In this document: positions 9,031-18,213 of the stretch, one piece after another
How positions within the stretch are numbered: position 1 is the first letter of the stretch
How the letters are laid out: each line of letters starts with the position of its first letter
DNA from: a virus
Lineage: Duplodnaviria > Caudoviricetes
IMG/VR virus record: IMGVR_UViG_3300028284_000003
Span: 43,643 to 107,642 of that record
Length of the DNA stretch: 64,000 bases
Direction: 5' to 3' (one strand)
Program-made: the position numbers and the translations under genes
The notes under the pieces: generated by a model
What the model saw: only the letters and a program-made list of their open reading frames with translations
Databases searched by the model: none
Told to the model about the DNA's origin: nothing

Positions 9031-9229
9031 ATCTACCTAAAATCAATTTCTTAAAAAATGGAATTGAACTATAAATAGCAAGTGCCATAATTGTCCATCC
9101 CCACCATACACTAAATTGACTAGAATTTGGATCCATTATATCTCTATAACCCATTATTATTAAATAACAATTTATAAAACCTATTAAACCTTCGTTTTCA
9201 GTTATTCTTTTTATTATTTGTTGTTTCAT
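9029..9229 (-). CDS. small membrane protein
   Basis: Two hydrophobic segments. Confidence 0.6.
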   Translation of the reverse strand: MKQQIIKRITENEGLIGFINCYLIIMGYRDIMDPNSSQFSVWWGWTIMALAIYSSIPFFKKLILGR

Positions 9230-9289
9230 GTTTTTTTATTTTTATAATTAAACGTAACTTGATTTTATTAAATTGTATTTAATTGTTGA

Positions 9290-9315
9290 TTATATTAAAA
9301 AAGTTAACCTTGTTT
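9290..9315 (-). promoter_or_regulatory. putative middle promoter AAACAA-N14-ATATAA
   Basis: Exact motif and spacing. Confidence 0.65.
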
Positions 9316-9739
9316 ATTTTATAGGTAAACGTGTTGTAATTTCTTTAAGTAACTTATCTAGTGTTTGAGAACTCCACATGCCTGTTTTTTTCCAAGTATT
9401 TGTTAGTGCACTTTTTGTATTTTCAAATATTTCAATTCCAAGATCATGGTCGTAAATGCAAATTTCGTTAGTATTTCTATCAGTGTATGCAATATATAAG
9501 TTTTTACCTATGTATTTTTTATCTAATGTGGCCCTAGATCCTTTTAACTGGATTTGAATATTTTCACCATTAAGAAAATTATAGGCTATCATATCAGCAC
9601 CGTGTTTATCTGCGGTAATTAAATTACATACATATCCATATTCTACAAGCGTTGATGCTGTTTTTGCATAATTATATACTTCTTGTTCTTTTCCTATTAA
9701 ATTTGTGTAATTTACTTTTTCTTTAAATAAATGTTTCAT
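9314..9739 (-). CDS. hypothetical protein, possible PD-(D/E)xK fold
   Basis: GADMIAY..IQIQLK pattern. Confidence 0.5.
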   Translation of the reverse strand: MKHLFKEKVNYTNLIGKEQEVYNYAKTASTLVEYGYVCNLITADKHGADMIAYNFLNGENIQIQLKGSRATLDKKYIGKNLYIAYTDRNTNEICIYDHDLGIEIFENTKSALTNTWKKTGMWSSQTLDKLLKEITTRLPIK

Positions 9740-9741
9740 TG

Positions 9742-9933
9742 TTAATCGTTTTTAATTTTTATTTTGTGCCATTCTTGAGCAAACCAGCACATCATTTTCT
9801 TTTCCTTTCTAAGCATTCTTTTAGAAAGTTCAATAGCATATTTCAATCCAGCCTCTGTATTATCATGGTACAGCTCAGCTTCGAATTGCTCAATTAAACA
9901 TGCTATTGGTGTTTTTATTTGTTGATGTTTCAT
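9742..9933 (-). CDS. hypothetical protein
   Basis: ORF on coding strand. Confidence 0.6.
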   Translation of the reverse strand: MKHQQIKTPIACLIEQFEAELYHDNTEAGLKYAIELSKRMLRKEKKMMCWFAQEWHKIKIKND

Positions 9934-9936
9934 ATA

Positions 9937-10062
9937 ATTATAATTACATGTTTCTTGGGAAATTTACATAAAAATTAAAACTTTTTTAAAACTTATGTTT
10001 TTTGTATTTCCTTATATTATTATAATTACATGTTTCTTGGAAAATTTACATAAAAATTAAAA
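9937..10062. repeat. ~45-bp direct repeat, two copies
   Basis: ATTATAATTACATGTTTCTTGG(G/A)AAATTTACATAAAAATTAAAA at ~9937 and ~10019. Confidence 0.85.
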
Positions 10063-10084
10063 AAGACCCATTAAGGGTCTTTTA
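10060..10084. terminator. intrinsic terminator
   Basis: AAAAAGACCC-ATTAA-GGGTCTTTTT. Confidence 0.75.
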
Positions 10085-10114
10085 TTTTAAAACAATATAA
10101 TATGAATCTTATTG

Positions 10115-10582
10115 TTAAAAGTCGCCTGGAGCAACTTGCATACATGTTAGGTTGTTGTTTCTCCACATTTTTACAACTTTATCTCTGTCATCAAAGACAC
10201 AAACAATATTGCTTTTATCTGGAAATAAATCATCTAACCAATTTTGTTTAAGTTGATCATCTGGCTTAAACATCCAATCTTTGCCAGTTGGTCTCATCTT
10301 AATCACATGAAAAGGTACTTTATGTTTAACCAACCAACCCTTAGTAGTCAATTGCGTACCTTTACTTCTACCACTAAAGATAGCGATCATATGGCCAGAA
10401 TCTGCAAGAATTTGAGCCATTTTTATCACAGCATGGTTTGGCTGATCTAAACTGATATTCTTTGGGTCAAAAAATATGTCCCAATCTATTTTACCATTTG
10501 GCTTTGTTGCTAATTTTCTTCTTGCATCTATATTCGCTAAGGTTCCATCTAAGTCGAATATTACCCATTTTTGATCTGTCAT
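10115..10582 (-). CDS. HAD 3'-phosphatase (PseT/PNKP phosphatase-domain-like)
   Basis: DLDGT, SGR, MRP, FDDR, QVA.GDF. Confidence 0.88.
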   Translation of the reverse strand: MTDQKWVIFDLDGTLANIDARRKLATKPNGKIDWDIFFDPKNISLDQPNHAVIKMAQILADSGHMIAIFSGRSKGTQLTTKGWLVKHKVPFHVIKMRPTGKDWMFKPDDQLKQNWLDDLFPDKSNIVCVFDDRDKVVKMWRNNNLTCMQVAPGDF

Positions 10583-10590
10583 TTTTTTAC

Positions 10591-10660
10591 GTTTTAAATT
10601 TATAATACTAATATAACTATTTTCTTTGACCTGTGAAAATTTTTAGGCAACTTTTTTCAA
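10591..10660 (-). promoter_or_regulatory. early repeat copy 4
   Basis: Same core; overlaps 3' end of upstream ORF. Confidence 0.75.
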
Positions 10661-11023
10661 CATTTTTTTAGTTGCATAATTTAGAATCTTTTTAAGTCTT
10701 TCTTCTCTTGTAAGAAGCATGATTCTTTCTTTACCTACCCAATTATAAGTATCTCCAGTTTCTTGACTTTTCCAAGATGCTGGATAAGTTTTAGTTGGGT
10801 TTAATTGCCAGCAAGTATCTTGTAGTTTTTTATTATCTGACCTTCTAGTCCAATATCTTATTTTTCTAACATAGCCAGTAGAATATTCTGCTACTGTTTC
10901 TCCAGTCTTTAGTCTCCACATTGAAGTACCATTTTTCTTTTGTGTTTTAGATGAGATATTTTTTGCACCCATTGTTTCTAAAACTTCTTCGTATATTTTT
11001 TCTTTACTTTCCATTATTTTCAA
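10643..11023 (-). CDS. hypothetical protein
   Basis: ORF downstream of early repeat. Confidence 0.7.
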   Translation of the reverse strand: MKIMESKEKIYEEVLETMGAKNISSKTQKKNGTSMWRLKTGETVAEYSTGYVRKIRYWTRRSDNKKLQDTCWQLNPTKTYPASWKSQETGDTYNWVGKERIMLLTREERLKKILNYATKKMLKKVA

Positions 11024-11055
11024 GTGTTAATTTGTGATTAATTCATTTTGTTTAA

Positions 11056-11138
11056 GTTTTAATCATAATACTAATATAACTATAATCTTTGACATAAAAA
11101 AATCTAGAGGCAACTTTTTTCAAAAAGTTATGAACAAT
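11056..11138 (-). promoter_or_regulatory. early repeat copy 5
   Basis: Core conserved, GACCCGTG segment diverged. Confidence 0.75.
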
Positions 11139-11412
11139 TAAACGTTTAAAGTTTCCCAAAAGTCGTTATTTGCTTTTACTTCTGCTTCTTTATCGGTATA
11201 ACCTAAGTCTAGATACTTTTGAAAAAACTTTTCCAAAAGATTATTATTTATTACATTAATCATCTTTGTGTTTTTTAAACAGTTCTTCCCATTCATCCAT
11301 GGTATAGTTTAACATTCTTCTAATTCTTGTTCTTTCTGTTTCAGAGCCTCGTAGCCAACCCATTAAATAGGTTGCTGCGATTACTCCGATTATTGCAATT
11401 AAATCCGACATA

Positions 11413-11871
11413 TTATTTGTTTATTTTATATGCGTAACTGGCATGGGTTTTTGTGTTCATGCTTTTCCATAAATCATAGTCAACCATCTTTTTCCAAGCA
11501 TTGTGCATGTGAGTTACTTTTAAGTTGTTTAAGAATGTTTTATCTATTGAGTAAAATTTACCACCTTTAGTAGTTAATACATTAAACCAATGTTCAGAAC
11601 CATCTTTGAATTTTTTTAATACCTGTACATTATCTAAAAAAGTATAAGTTGATGAGATAAATCTTTCAGGAGTAGCCGTTTGGTCACTGATATTTAAAAA
11701 TCCAGCTTTACATTTACAAGTATATCTGAATTTGTATTCAACTCCTTCTTCTAAATGATTTGAAACTGTAAATTTTAAGTATTTACCTTTATTGTCTTTT
11801 TGAGTAACACTGCCAAAAAATACAGTATTGCTTCCTTCTAATTGTTGTTTTGATTTTTTTACTATTTCCAT
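11413..11871 (-). CDS. hypothetical protein
   Basis: ORF downstream of early repeat. Confidence 0.75.
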   Translation of the reverse strand: MEIVKKSKQQLEGSNTVFFGSVTQKDNKGKYLKFTVSNHLEEGVEYKFRYTCKCKAGFLNISDQTATPERFISSTYTFLDNVQVLKKFKDGSEHWFNVLTTKGGKFYSIDKTFLNNLKVTHMHNAWKKMVDYDLWKSMNTKTHASYAYKINK

Positions 11872-11880
11872 TTGTTTTAA

Positions 11881-11962
11881 GTTTTAATTATAATACTAAT
11901 ATAACTATAATTTTTGACACGTGAAAACTTTTTAACACTTATTTTTAAAAGTTATTAACAAT
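11881..11962 (-). promoter_or_regulatory. early repeat copy 6
   Basis: Same core. Confidence 0.8.
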
Positions 11963-12428
11963 TCCATTTTTTAAATTCTTCTATACTAGTGTTTTCACAT
12001 AAATGATCTTCGACTTCTAATAATCTTGCGGCCATGAATGTCATATTATCTATAACCTGTAAAACATCTTTGACTGAACTTAAATTAGTGCTCATTAATT
12101 TGTCTGCAATTGACTTAACTCCACCATTCATATGTTCAACATGAATTATTCTATCTATTTTAAAGTTATTTTTTAATTTGTGATTAAGTCTATAAATTTC
12201 AGAGGTTGTCATATACTCATTATAGTCACAACCTATTTCTTTTAATTTTTGTTGTAGTCTTTTTGTTAAAAGAACTTTGTAGGTTTTATGGATTCTTCTA
12301 ACCGCCCTACTTACTGAATCTCTTGCTGTAACAGTATGATAATCTTTAACATCTTGTAAAGCAGTTAAAGAACCATATAGTGAAACTGCTCTTGTATTTG
12401 TTTTAAATTCTTCTAATTGATTTTTCAT
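11955..12428 (-). CDS. hypothetical protein
   Basis: ORF downstream of early repeat. Confidence 0.7.
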   Translation of the reverse strand: MKNQLEEFKTNTRAVSLYGSLTALQDVKDYHTVTARDSVSRAVRRIHKTYKVLLTKRLQQKLKEIGCDYNEYMTTSEIYRLNHKLKNNFKIDRIIHVEHMNGGVKSIADKLMSTNLSSVKDVLQVIDNMTFMAARLLEVEDHLCENTSIEEFKKWNC

Positions 12429-12430
12429 AG

Positions 12431-12513
12431 TTTATAATTATAAATACTAATATAAACAAAAAAAGCGACCCGTGAAAATCCAGGGTCGCTTTTTTTTAAA
12501 ACTTATTAACAAT
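12431..12513 (-). promoter_or_regulatory. early repeat copy 7, fused with a terminator hairpin
   Basis: AATACTAATATAA and GACCCGTGAAAA retained inside AAAAAAAGCGACCC..GGGTCGCTTTTTTT. Confidence 0.7.
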
Positions 12514-12586
12514 TTAACCATACCAGTATAATAGATAAAGTGCAATAGATGCTGCTATTAAATATGCAGCCCATGTTAGTGTGTAT

Positions 12587-13438
12587 TTATAAACCTAGTT
12601 CGTTCATTTCATCAATATCGATACCATGTGTATCAAACCACCAGTCTTTGTCTTTATCTTGGTGCTTTTCCTTAAGTCTAAGATACCTAAGTTTTGTTTT
12701 TTCTTGTCTTTCAACTTCTCTCTTAAAAAATGGATGATCCATATAACCATTATTATTGTATAAGATTCTAAGAAGTTTACGAAGTACATATCCTTGTTTC
12801 TGTGGACCTGGCTTATAACCAGAATCTGCTATCTTTAAAATAGTCTCTTCAAGTGTCTCGTTTGCACTCTTTACCTCAGTACCATTAACTATAGCCTCAA
12901 GTCTTTCAAGTCCAAACCCGACATCTATAAATTCATCTGACGTATTTACTATATTACCTATTTCTATTCCTTTATAGTAAAACTCTGTACAATAACCTCC
13001 CATTTCTCCATCGGTCCAAATACATTCGTCGTCTAATTTTAATGGAGTTTTATAAATATCATACATCCATTTCCAATTATCAAACTTATCAGAATGAATT
13101 GTTGCACAGTCTACTTGGATTTTAAGTTCTTCTTGTACAAATTCCATCCAAAATTCAACGGCTTGGTTAACTGTCATTTCTCCAAAACTAAAAAGACCTA
13201 ACATGTTAAAGTATAAAAGATGGCTTCCATCTCCTATCTCGTCAATGTCCTGTAGTCTTAAACAGGATTGAACATTTGCAACTGTAGTATTATCTGGATT
13301 TTTAAAACGATCTTTAAACTGCTGCATGCCAGCAGGACAGAAAAGCGTTGTATCATCATAGGGTCTTACATGATTATCCATTTGAAAAGCAATTCCTTTC
13401 TTTTCACAATATGTAATGTATTTTTGTAAAACGTTCAT
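12587..13438 (-). CDS. alaS: minimal alanyl-tRNA synthetase (catalytic plus compact tRNA-recognition part; no editing or C-Ala domain)
   Basis: DDTTLFCPAGMQQFK, QSCLR..HLLYFNMLGLFSFG, CTEF, EIGNIV, IDVGFGLERL, GYVLRK, FDTHG match AlaRS motifs in order. Confidence 0.88.
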   Translation of the reverse strand: MNVLQKYITYCEKKGIAFQMDNHVRPYDDTTLFCPAGMQQFKDRFKNPDNTTVANVQSCLRLQDIDEIGDGSHLLYFNMLGLFSFGEMTVNQAVEFWMEFVQEELKIQVDCATIHSDKFDNWKWMYDIYKTPLKLDDECIWTDGEMGGYCTEFYYKGIEIGNIVNTSDEFIDVGFGLERLEAIVNGTEVKSANETLEETILKIADSGYKPGPQKQGYVLRKLLRILYNNNGYMDHPFFKREVERQEKTKLRYLRLKEKHQDKDKDWWFDTHGIDIDEMNELGL

Positions 13439-13576
13439 CTATCTTCCTCCTCTACTATAAGGCTTTTTATATTTTTTTGAATTTTTATTTTTTGAACTTG
13501 ACTTAGCATGAACTCCTTTTCTTTTAATTTTTAGGCCATCCATGTTTCCATTTCCTTGTACTTTTACTCTTGACAT
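13439..13576 (-). CDS. 45-aa highly basic peptide
   Basis: Manual ORF MSRVKVQGNGNMDGLKIKRKGVHAKSSSKNKNSKKYKKPYSRGGR; its TAG abuts the AlaRS ATG. Confidence 0.65.
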   Translation of the reverse strand: MSRVKVQGNGNMDGLKIKRKGVHAKSSSKNKNSKKYKKPYSRGGR

Positions 13577-13594
13577 TTTATTTAATTTAAATAT

Positions 13595-13819
13595 TTAACT
13601 TATTTGAGTTGCTGAAATACTTGACTTTTTAATATGTTCATTTAGTGCCTTACCTTGTGAATCAGCCAATGAAAACTTTTCATAAGTTTCTTGATTTACT
13701 GATTGATACATATAAGTAATTCCTGAATGAAAAGTTACAAGTAGTATTTCATCTTTAAAATTATATTGAGAAAGTTGAACCGTGCTTGATTCATAATATA
13801 TTGTTTCTGTTAATTTCAT
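13595..13819 (-). CDS. KTSC-domain protein
   Basis: SS...Y.....L.VTFHSG..Y.Y..V....YE.F..ADS.GK..N..IK pattern. Confidence 0.85.
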   Translation of the reverse strand: MKLTETIYYESSTVQLSQYNFKDEILLVTFHSGITYMYQSVNQETYEKFSLADSQGKALNEHIKKSSISATQIS

Positions 13820-13824
13820 GTATA

Positions 13825-13850
13825 TTATATATGAAACTATGTGTTTGTTT
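13825..13850 (-). promoter_or_regulatory. putative middle promoter AAACAA-N14-ATATAA
   Basis: Heads the KTSC-peptide-AlaRS operon. Confidence 0.7.
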
Positions 13851-16800
13851 AAATAGACACTCCTACTGTTTGAACTTGAACATCTCCTGATGTTAAAATA
13901 TTTTGAAGTCTTTTTATTTCTGCAATAAGCAGCTGTTGATCCATAACGTTTATTGAGTTATTTGAAGTAGAACTTGCAGTTCCTTCAGAACCTGAACTTC
14001 CACCACCAAATAGTGCAGCTGCTCCAGATTTAATAGTATTCATTGCTCCATCTATAAATGATTGATTTCCTTCTCTTGCTTCTTCGACTGTTCCACCAAA
14101 GTCTGCGATCATTAATGCAAGTTTCTCGACTGCTTTAATTAAATCATCACCAAGAGCTTCAATTGCATCTTCTCCTCCTTGTTCAGAAAGATATGCAAGT
14201 GCCTTAAACATATTTGAAGTTTCTACAATTGCTTCAATATCTAAATTATTTGTAGTTTCTCCAATCATTTGATAAGACTTAGCAACATGTCTTAAATCAT
14301 CTTTAATATCACTTAAATCAAGATCTTCAAGATCTTCTATAAAGTTTAACATACTTGGGAAACCTTCAACATTTACTTGCCCTAGAGTTTGCATACTCTT
14401 TGAAATATCTTTAATTGCTTGTCCAACAATTACATGATTTCCAAATTTACCAGATTCTGCAATAAGATCTTCTGCATCGTCTAAATCTAAATCATCCATT
14501 CTTACAATAGCACTGCTTATTATTTTAAAAGCCATTGAAGTCTGTGTAAGAGTTGTTGGTATTTTTGATACCTTTTCAATAAACATAGACACGTTATTCA
14601 AAGATTCTGTCTCTTTACCCATTGCTATCATAGTGTCTATTCCTTGTTTTCCAAAACGAAACGCGTTGAAAAAACTTCTAATTCCTCCTGATACTGTGTA
14701 AACTGCATTACCGTCTACCTTTGAAAGTTCTTGTAAACTTTTTGCAAATTCTAATAAAAATTCGTTTATTTTTTTAGGAGCATCTGGTGCACTCTTATTA
14801 AATTCTGCCATTGCTTTAACTATGTTACCAAGAATTGGTGGCATTTGTTCAGCTATTGAAAGTCCCCTAGACGCGTCACCTTTTTCTTTCCAATCTTTAT
14901 AAGTCTTTCCTATTGCTGCAAATCCTTCAACTAATGTAGCAACTAGTTTCATTATATTACTTCCTACCTTTTTTAACATATTACCTTGGGTTAAATCTAT
15001 TATCTTTGTAACCTTTTGAGGATTATTTGGATCCCCGTAAACGTTAAATTTAAGAGATGCCATATCTCTCATTCCATTTGCAATTCCTCCAATTGCTCCT
15101 CCTAGTCCTTGTACCATTGAAATACCAGCTGCAACTGGATCTTTTTTGCCAGCACTCTTTATCATCTGCCATAAACTCTGCTCACCTTTATCGTATTTTT
15201 TACCAATATTTCCAAAAGCTCCACTTAATGATTCTACCATCATGGCTACGTTTGTATTAATCGCAGACATGGCAGCTCCATCTAGTGTAATAATTTCTTT
15301 TATACTTCCATCTGGATTATATGTTGGGAATTGTAGTTTCGCCATTTTTGACATTCCAAATGCAATGCTACTAAGAGCATTACCCATTCCCATTACACTC
15401 TGAATTCCTTGATAAACAAGTCCTCCACCTAACCCAAATAAACCAGCTCCTCCATATTCTTTACCTATTCTTGCAAATACATCTGCAAGGGTATTAATAA
15501 TATTTTCCATTTGAATTGGGAATGTTTCATAATTTATGTCTAGTCCTTGGAATTTTTCAATTCCTTTACCTATAGTGACCATCGCAGCTCCTGCGACTAG
15601 CATTGCGCTTGAACCAACTAATATTGAGGCTGCTCTAATTGGATCCCACATAAACGAGTACCCGACTGCTGATAATAATTTTTCTAAATTAGAAACACTT
15701 CCTCCTAACAATCCTGTATCTCCACTAGGTGCTAACATGTTTTTCCAACCAGTTCCTTGAAATACCTTGCTCATTACCATTAAACCTGCTCCTATTACTA
15801 CCAATGCTGTACCTGCAACTAGCATAGATGCTGCACCTGCTAATATTAATGGAGCAACTGCACCTGCAGCTGCCATTGCTAAACCTAAGCCGACAATAGT
15901 TATACCAACCTGGGCTAAAAATTCCCATGGACTATCAAGTCCTTTTATTGCATCTGCGAATATTTTAATACCTAACGCTATTCCAATTAGTGCTAAGGCA
16001 GAAAATCCCATTACTAATGCACCTATATAAACATTACCAGCAAATTTACCAATAAGTGCAAATGCAAGACCTACGCCTATTACTGTCAACCCAACTAATC
16101 CAATTGTCATTAGAGTCTTCTCATCTGGTGGTAATAATACTGCAAACAGGGCCAATGAAACCCCTAGTGATAATATTGCTAGTCCTGTAAATACTAAAGC
16201 AGTTGACGCCTTTTCCATGGTCTTTGTAACTCCCATTTTTTCAAGAGCCATAAATGTGAGTCCAATAAGTGTTATAACTATTCCTGCTAATACTGCACCT
16301 ACTATTGCAAATGGATAAACTAATGCTGAAAGTGCAAGTTTTATACCAAATTGTAAAATGCTATTTCCAATATCACCTAATGCCTTTAAAGTATCTTGAG
16401 TCTCTTTATTCATTAATGGCTTAGATGCCCAAGCTAACGCCTTTGTTATTACAAATATACTGAGCGCAAAAAGAGGAGCCGCTATTACCCCTACTAATAA
16501 TAGAGGAGTTGCTAGTAATAAATATCCTGCAAATTCAAGTATTGCCTTTCCAAGACCTTTAATAGCAACTAGGCCTGTGCCTATTGCTTCCATTTTTTCT
16601 TTAGCCTCTTCTCCGCTGGTAGACATTTTATCAATAACCTCAGCTATTGCACCGAATCCCTTTGCTATCGATGTTAGACCCTTTTCACCAAGTAGTCTCC
16701 AAGCCAAAGCTTCTTTCATAGTAAGTCCACCAAAAAGAGATACTCTTTCTACTTTAGATTCTCTAGCATTTAATTGATTGATATTTTCTGCAATATCTTC

Positions 16801-16899
16801 AAGTAAATTGTACATTGGACCACCTGGATTTACAGAATCTGCAATTTCCCTCTGTGCCTCATAGCTTAATTTTTCAAATGGAGATTTAAACGCGCTCAA
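13849..16899 (-). CDS. tape measure-like protein
   Basis: 1016 aa, Ala/Gly-rich hydrophobic helical repeats, located after tube and chaperone genes. Confidence 0.65.
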   Translation of the reverse strand: MSAFKSPFEKLSYEAQREIADSVNPGGPMYNLLEDIAENINQLNARESKVERVSLFGGLTMKEALAWRLLGEKGLTSIAKGFGAIAEVIDKMSTSGEEAKEKMEAIGTGLVAIKGLGKAILEFAGYLLLATPLLLVGVIAAPLFALSIFVITKALAWASKPLMNKETQDTLKALGDIGNSILQFGIKLALSALVYPFAIVGAVLAGIVITLIGLTFMALEKMGVTKTMEKASTALVFTGLAILSLGVSLALFAVLLPPDEKTLMTIGLVGLTVIGVGLAFALIGKFAGNVYIGALVMGFSALALIGIALGIKIFADAIKGLDSPWEFLAQVGITIVGLGLAMAAAGAVAPLILAGAASMLVAGTALVVIGAGLMVMSKVFQGTGWKNMLAPSGDTGLLGGSVSNLEKLLSAVGYSFMWDPIRAASILVGSSAMLVAGAAMVTIGKGIEKFQGLDINYETFPIQMENIINTLADVFARIGKEYGGAGLFGLGGGLVYQGIQSVMGMGNALSSIAFGMSKMAKLQFPTYNPDGSIKEIITLDGAAMSAINTNVAMMVESLSGAFGNIGKKYDKGEQSLWQMIKSAGKKDPVAAGISMVQGLGGAIGGIANGMRDMASLKFNVYGDPNNPQKVTKIIDLTQGNMLKKVGSNIMKLVATLVEGFAAIGKTYKDWKEKGDASRGLSIAEQMPPILGNIVKAMAEFNKSAPDAPKKINEFLLEFAKSLQELSKVDGNAVYTVSGGIRSFFNAFRFGKQGIDTMIAMGKETESLNNVSMFIEKVSKIPTTLTQTSMAFKIISSAIVRMDDLDLDDAEDLIAESGKFGNHVIVGQAIKDISKSMQTLGQVNVEGFPSMLNFIEDLEDLDLSDIKDDLRHVAKSYQMIGETTNNLDIEAIVETSNMFKALAYLSEQGGEDAIEALGDDLIKAVEKLALMIADFGGTVEEAREGNQSFIDGAMNTIKSGAAALFGGGSSGSEGTASSTSNNSINVMDQQLLIAEIKRLQNILTSGDVQVQTVGVSI

Positions 16900-16921
16900 A
16901 TGTTTAACACTGTTTTTTCTT

Positions 16922-16929
16922 TATATATC
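16922..16929 (-). promoter_or_regulatory. putative late promoter GATATATA
   Basis: Motif recurs just upstream of structural genes. Confidence 0.6.
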
Positions 16930-17259
16930 TTAGATTTTTGGCATTTTAACGCTTGGCATCTTAGGAGATTTATATTGGCTCATATTTGGCATCTGTTTCT
17001 TATAATCACTATATTTCTCTTGCATTTGCTCATTCTGTTCTCCTTCTTTCTTCTGTTGATTCTTTAAATGATCTGAAAGATTTTTAACATAATAGAAATA
17101 CTCATAATAATCGAGATTATCTATTTCACTAGGCTGGAGATGTAAATGAAACCCCAGATAGAATTTAGTCTTAAAGAAGTTCTCCAGCGAGATCTGAAAT
17201 AATGAAAAGACTTTTGATTCCACCTGGGAACTGAAGAGGGACACTAACGTCTTCTCCAT
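16930..17259 (-). CDS. gp51-like tail/baseplate assembly chaperone, possibly expressed by frameshift
   Basis: ISLENFFKTKF..EIDNLDYYEY resembles the gp51-like ORF of T4-like phages; overlaps upstream gene in +1 frame. Confidence 0.55.
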   Translation of the reverse strand: MEKTLVSLFSSQVESKVFSLFQISLENFFKTKFYLGFHLHLQPSEIDNLDYYEYFYYVKNLSDHLKNQQKKEGEQNEQMQEKYSDYKKQMPNMSQYKSPKMPSVKMPKI

Positions 17260-18169
17260 CTACGTCTACTAACATTTCAGGCTCTGCGCCTATTTTCATT
17301 TTTTCTGCAAGTCTATAAGTCACCATATATTTCTTTTCATTCCATCCTTGGAATGCAACCTCAGAATTAAATATTTCTGTTTGATTAAATCCTCTCCAAT
17401 CAAGTTGAATGTATGGTAAGATTTGAATAAATGCTTGATCCCATCTTTTCTTCTTATCGTTTTGCTCTTTAATGTATTTTGTAACTTCTTCCATTACACC
17501 AATACAAGGTGGCTTCATTAAGATTTCACCTGAACTTTTAGTTTGAATTCTAAAACATCTTGCAACAGCATCATAATACTTTTCAATTTCTGCTGGAATT
17601 TCAGTAGTAACAAAGTTTTTTGTGGCTAATTCAACATCTTTAGTTGTTCCATAACTATTTTCAGCCTTTAACATTAATTTATTTTCAGCTTCCGGAAAAG
17701 TTAAATCTCTAATTTGTAAAAGAATTGCAATTCTATCTTCTTCTAAAAGATCTTTATAAGAAAGTTTCTTATTAGGAGATTCAATTCTCATACATGATTT
17801 AACAATACTATTTAATTTTTCTTCGATATCTAAAAGACTGTTTTCATTCATTGTTGAAAAATGTCTGATTTCAGTAACTTTTGCAGATCTAATAGAAATT
17901 TTAGTATCTTGTGGATAAAAACGTCCTCTAGAAAAAAGAGTTTCCATATCAACCGAGTGATAGCCTAAAACAAAATCAGACTTATCTGCCTTTTGAGTAG
18001 CATATCTTTCCATATTTACAGAACCTAAACCTTCTTTGTTAATTTTTTCTTCTATTGGATCAACTGTTTCCATAGTTTCATTATTAGTAGCATCTGTATT
18101 TTCAAATGCTCCACCTTCTTGTTCTTTATCGTTTAAGAACTTTTCAAAATCTTTGTTGTCTTCACTCAT
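17171..18169 (-). CDS. gp26-like baseplate hub/tail assembly chaperone
   Basis: SRGRFYP, DLLEEDRIAILLQIRDLTF; position between tube and tape measure. Confidence 0.65.
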   Translation of the reverse strand: MSEDNKDFEKFLNDKEQEGGAFENTDATNNETMETVDPIEEKINKEGLGSVNMERYATQKADKSDFVLGYHSVDMETLFSRGRFYPQDTKISIRSAKVTEIRHFSTMNENSLLDIEEKLNSIVKSCMRIESPNKKLSYKDLLEEDRIAILLQIRDLTFPEAENKLMLKAENSYGTTKDVELATKNFVTTEIPAEIEKYYDAVARCFRIQTKSSGEILMKPPCIGVMEEVTKYIKEQNDKKKRWDQAFIQILPYIQLDWRGFNQTEIFNSEVAFQGWNEKKYMVTYRLAEKMKIGAEPEMLVDVDGEDVSVPLQFPGGIKSLFIISDLAGELL

Positions 18170-18187
18170 ATCGATGTGTTTATTAAA

Positions 18188-18213
18188 TTATATACTTTAA
18201 TTTTATTTTGTTT
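18188..18213 (-). promoter_or_regulatory. putative middle promoter AAACAA-N14-ATATAA
   Basis: Exact motif and spacing. Confidence 0.7.

Noticed and set aside
1585-12513. Early repeats as a CRISPR array
   Set aside because: Spacing is irregular and gene-sized, each copy precedes an ORF, and no cas genes are present
12587-13438. AlaRS as a truncated host-derived pseudogene
   Set aside because: Deletions are distributed across loops while catalytic motifs and the frame stay intact, which points to selection for a compact protein
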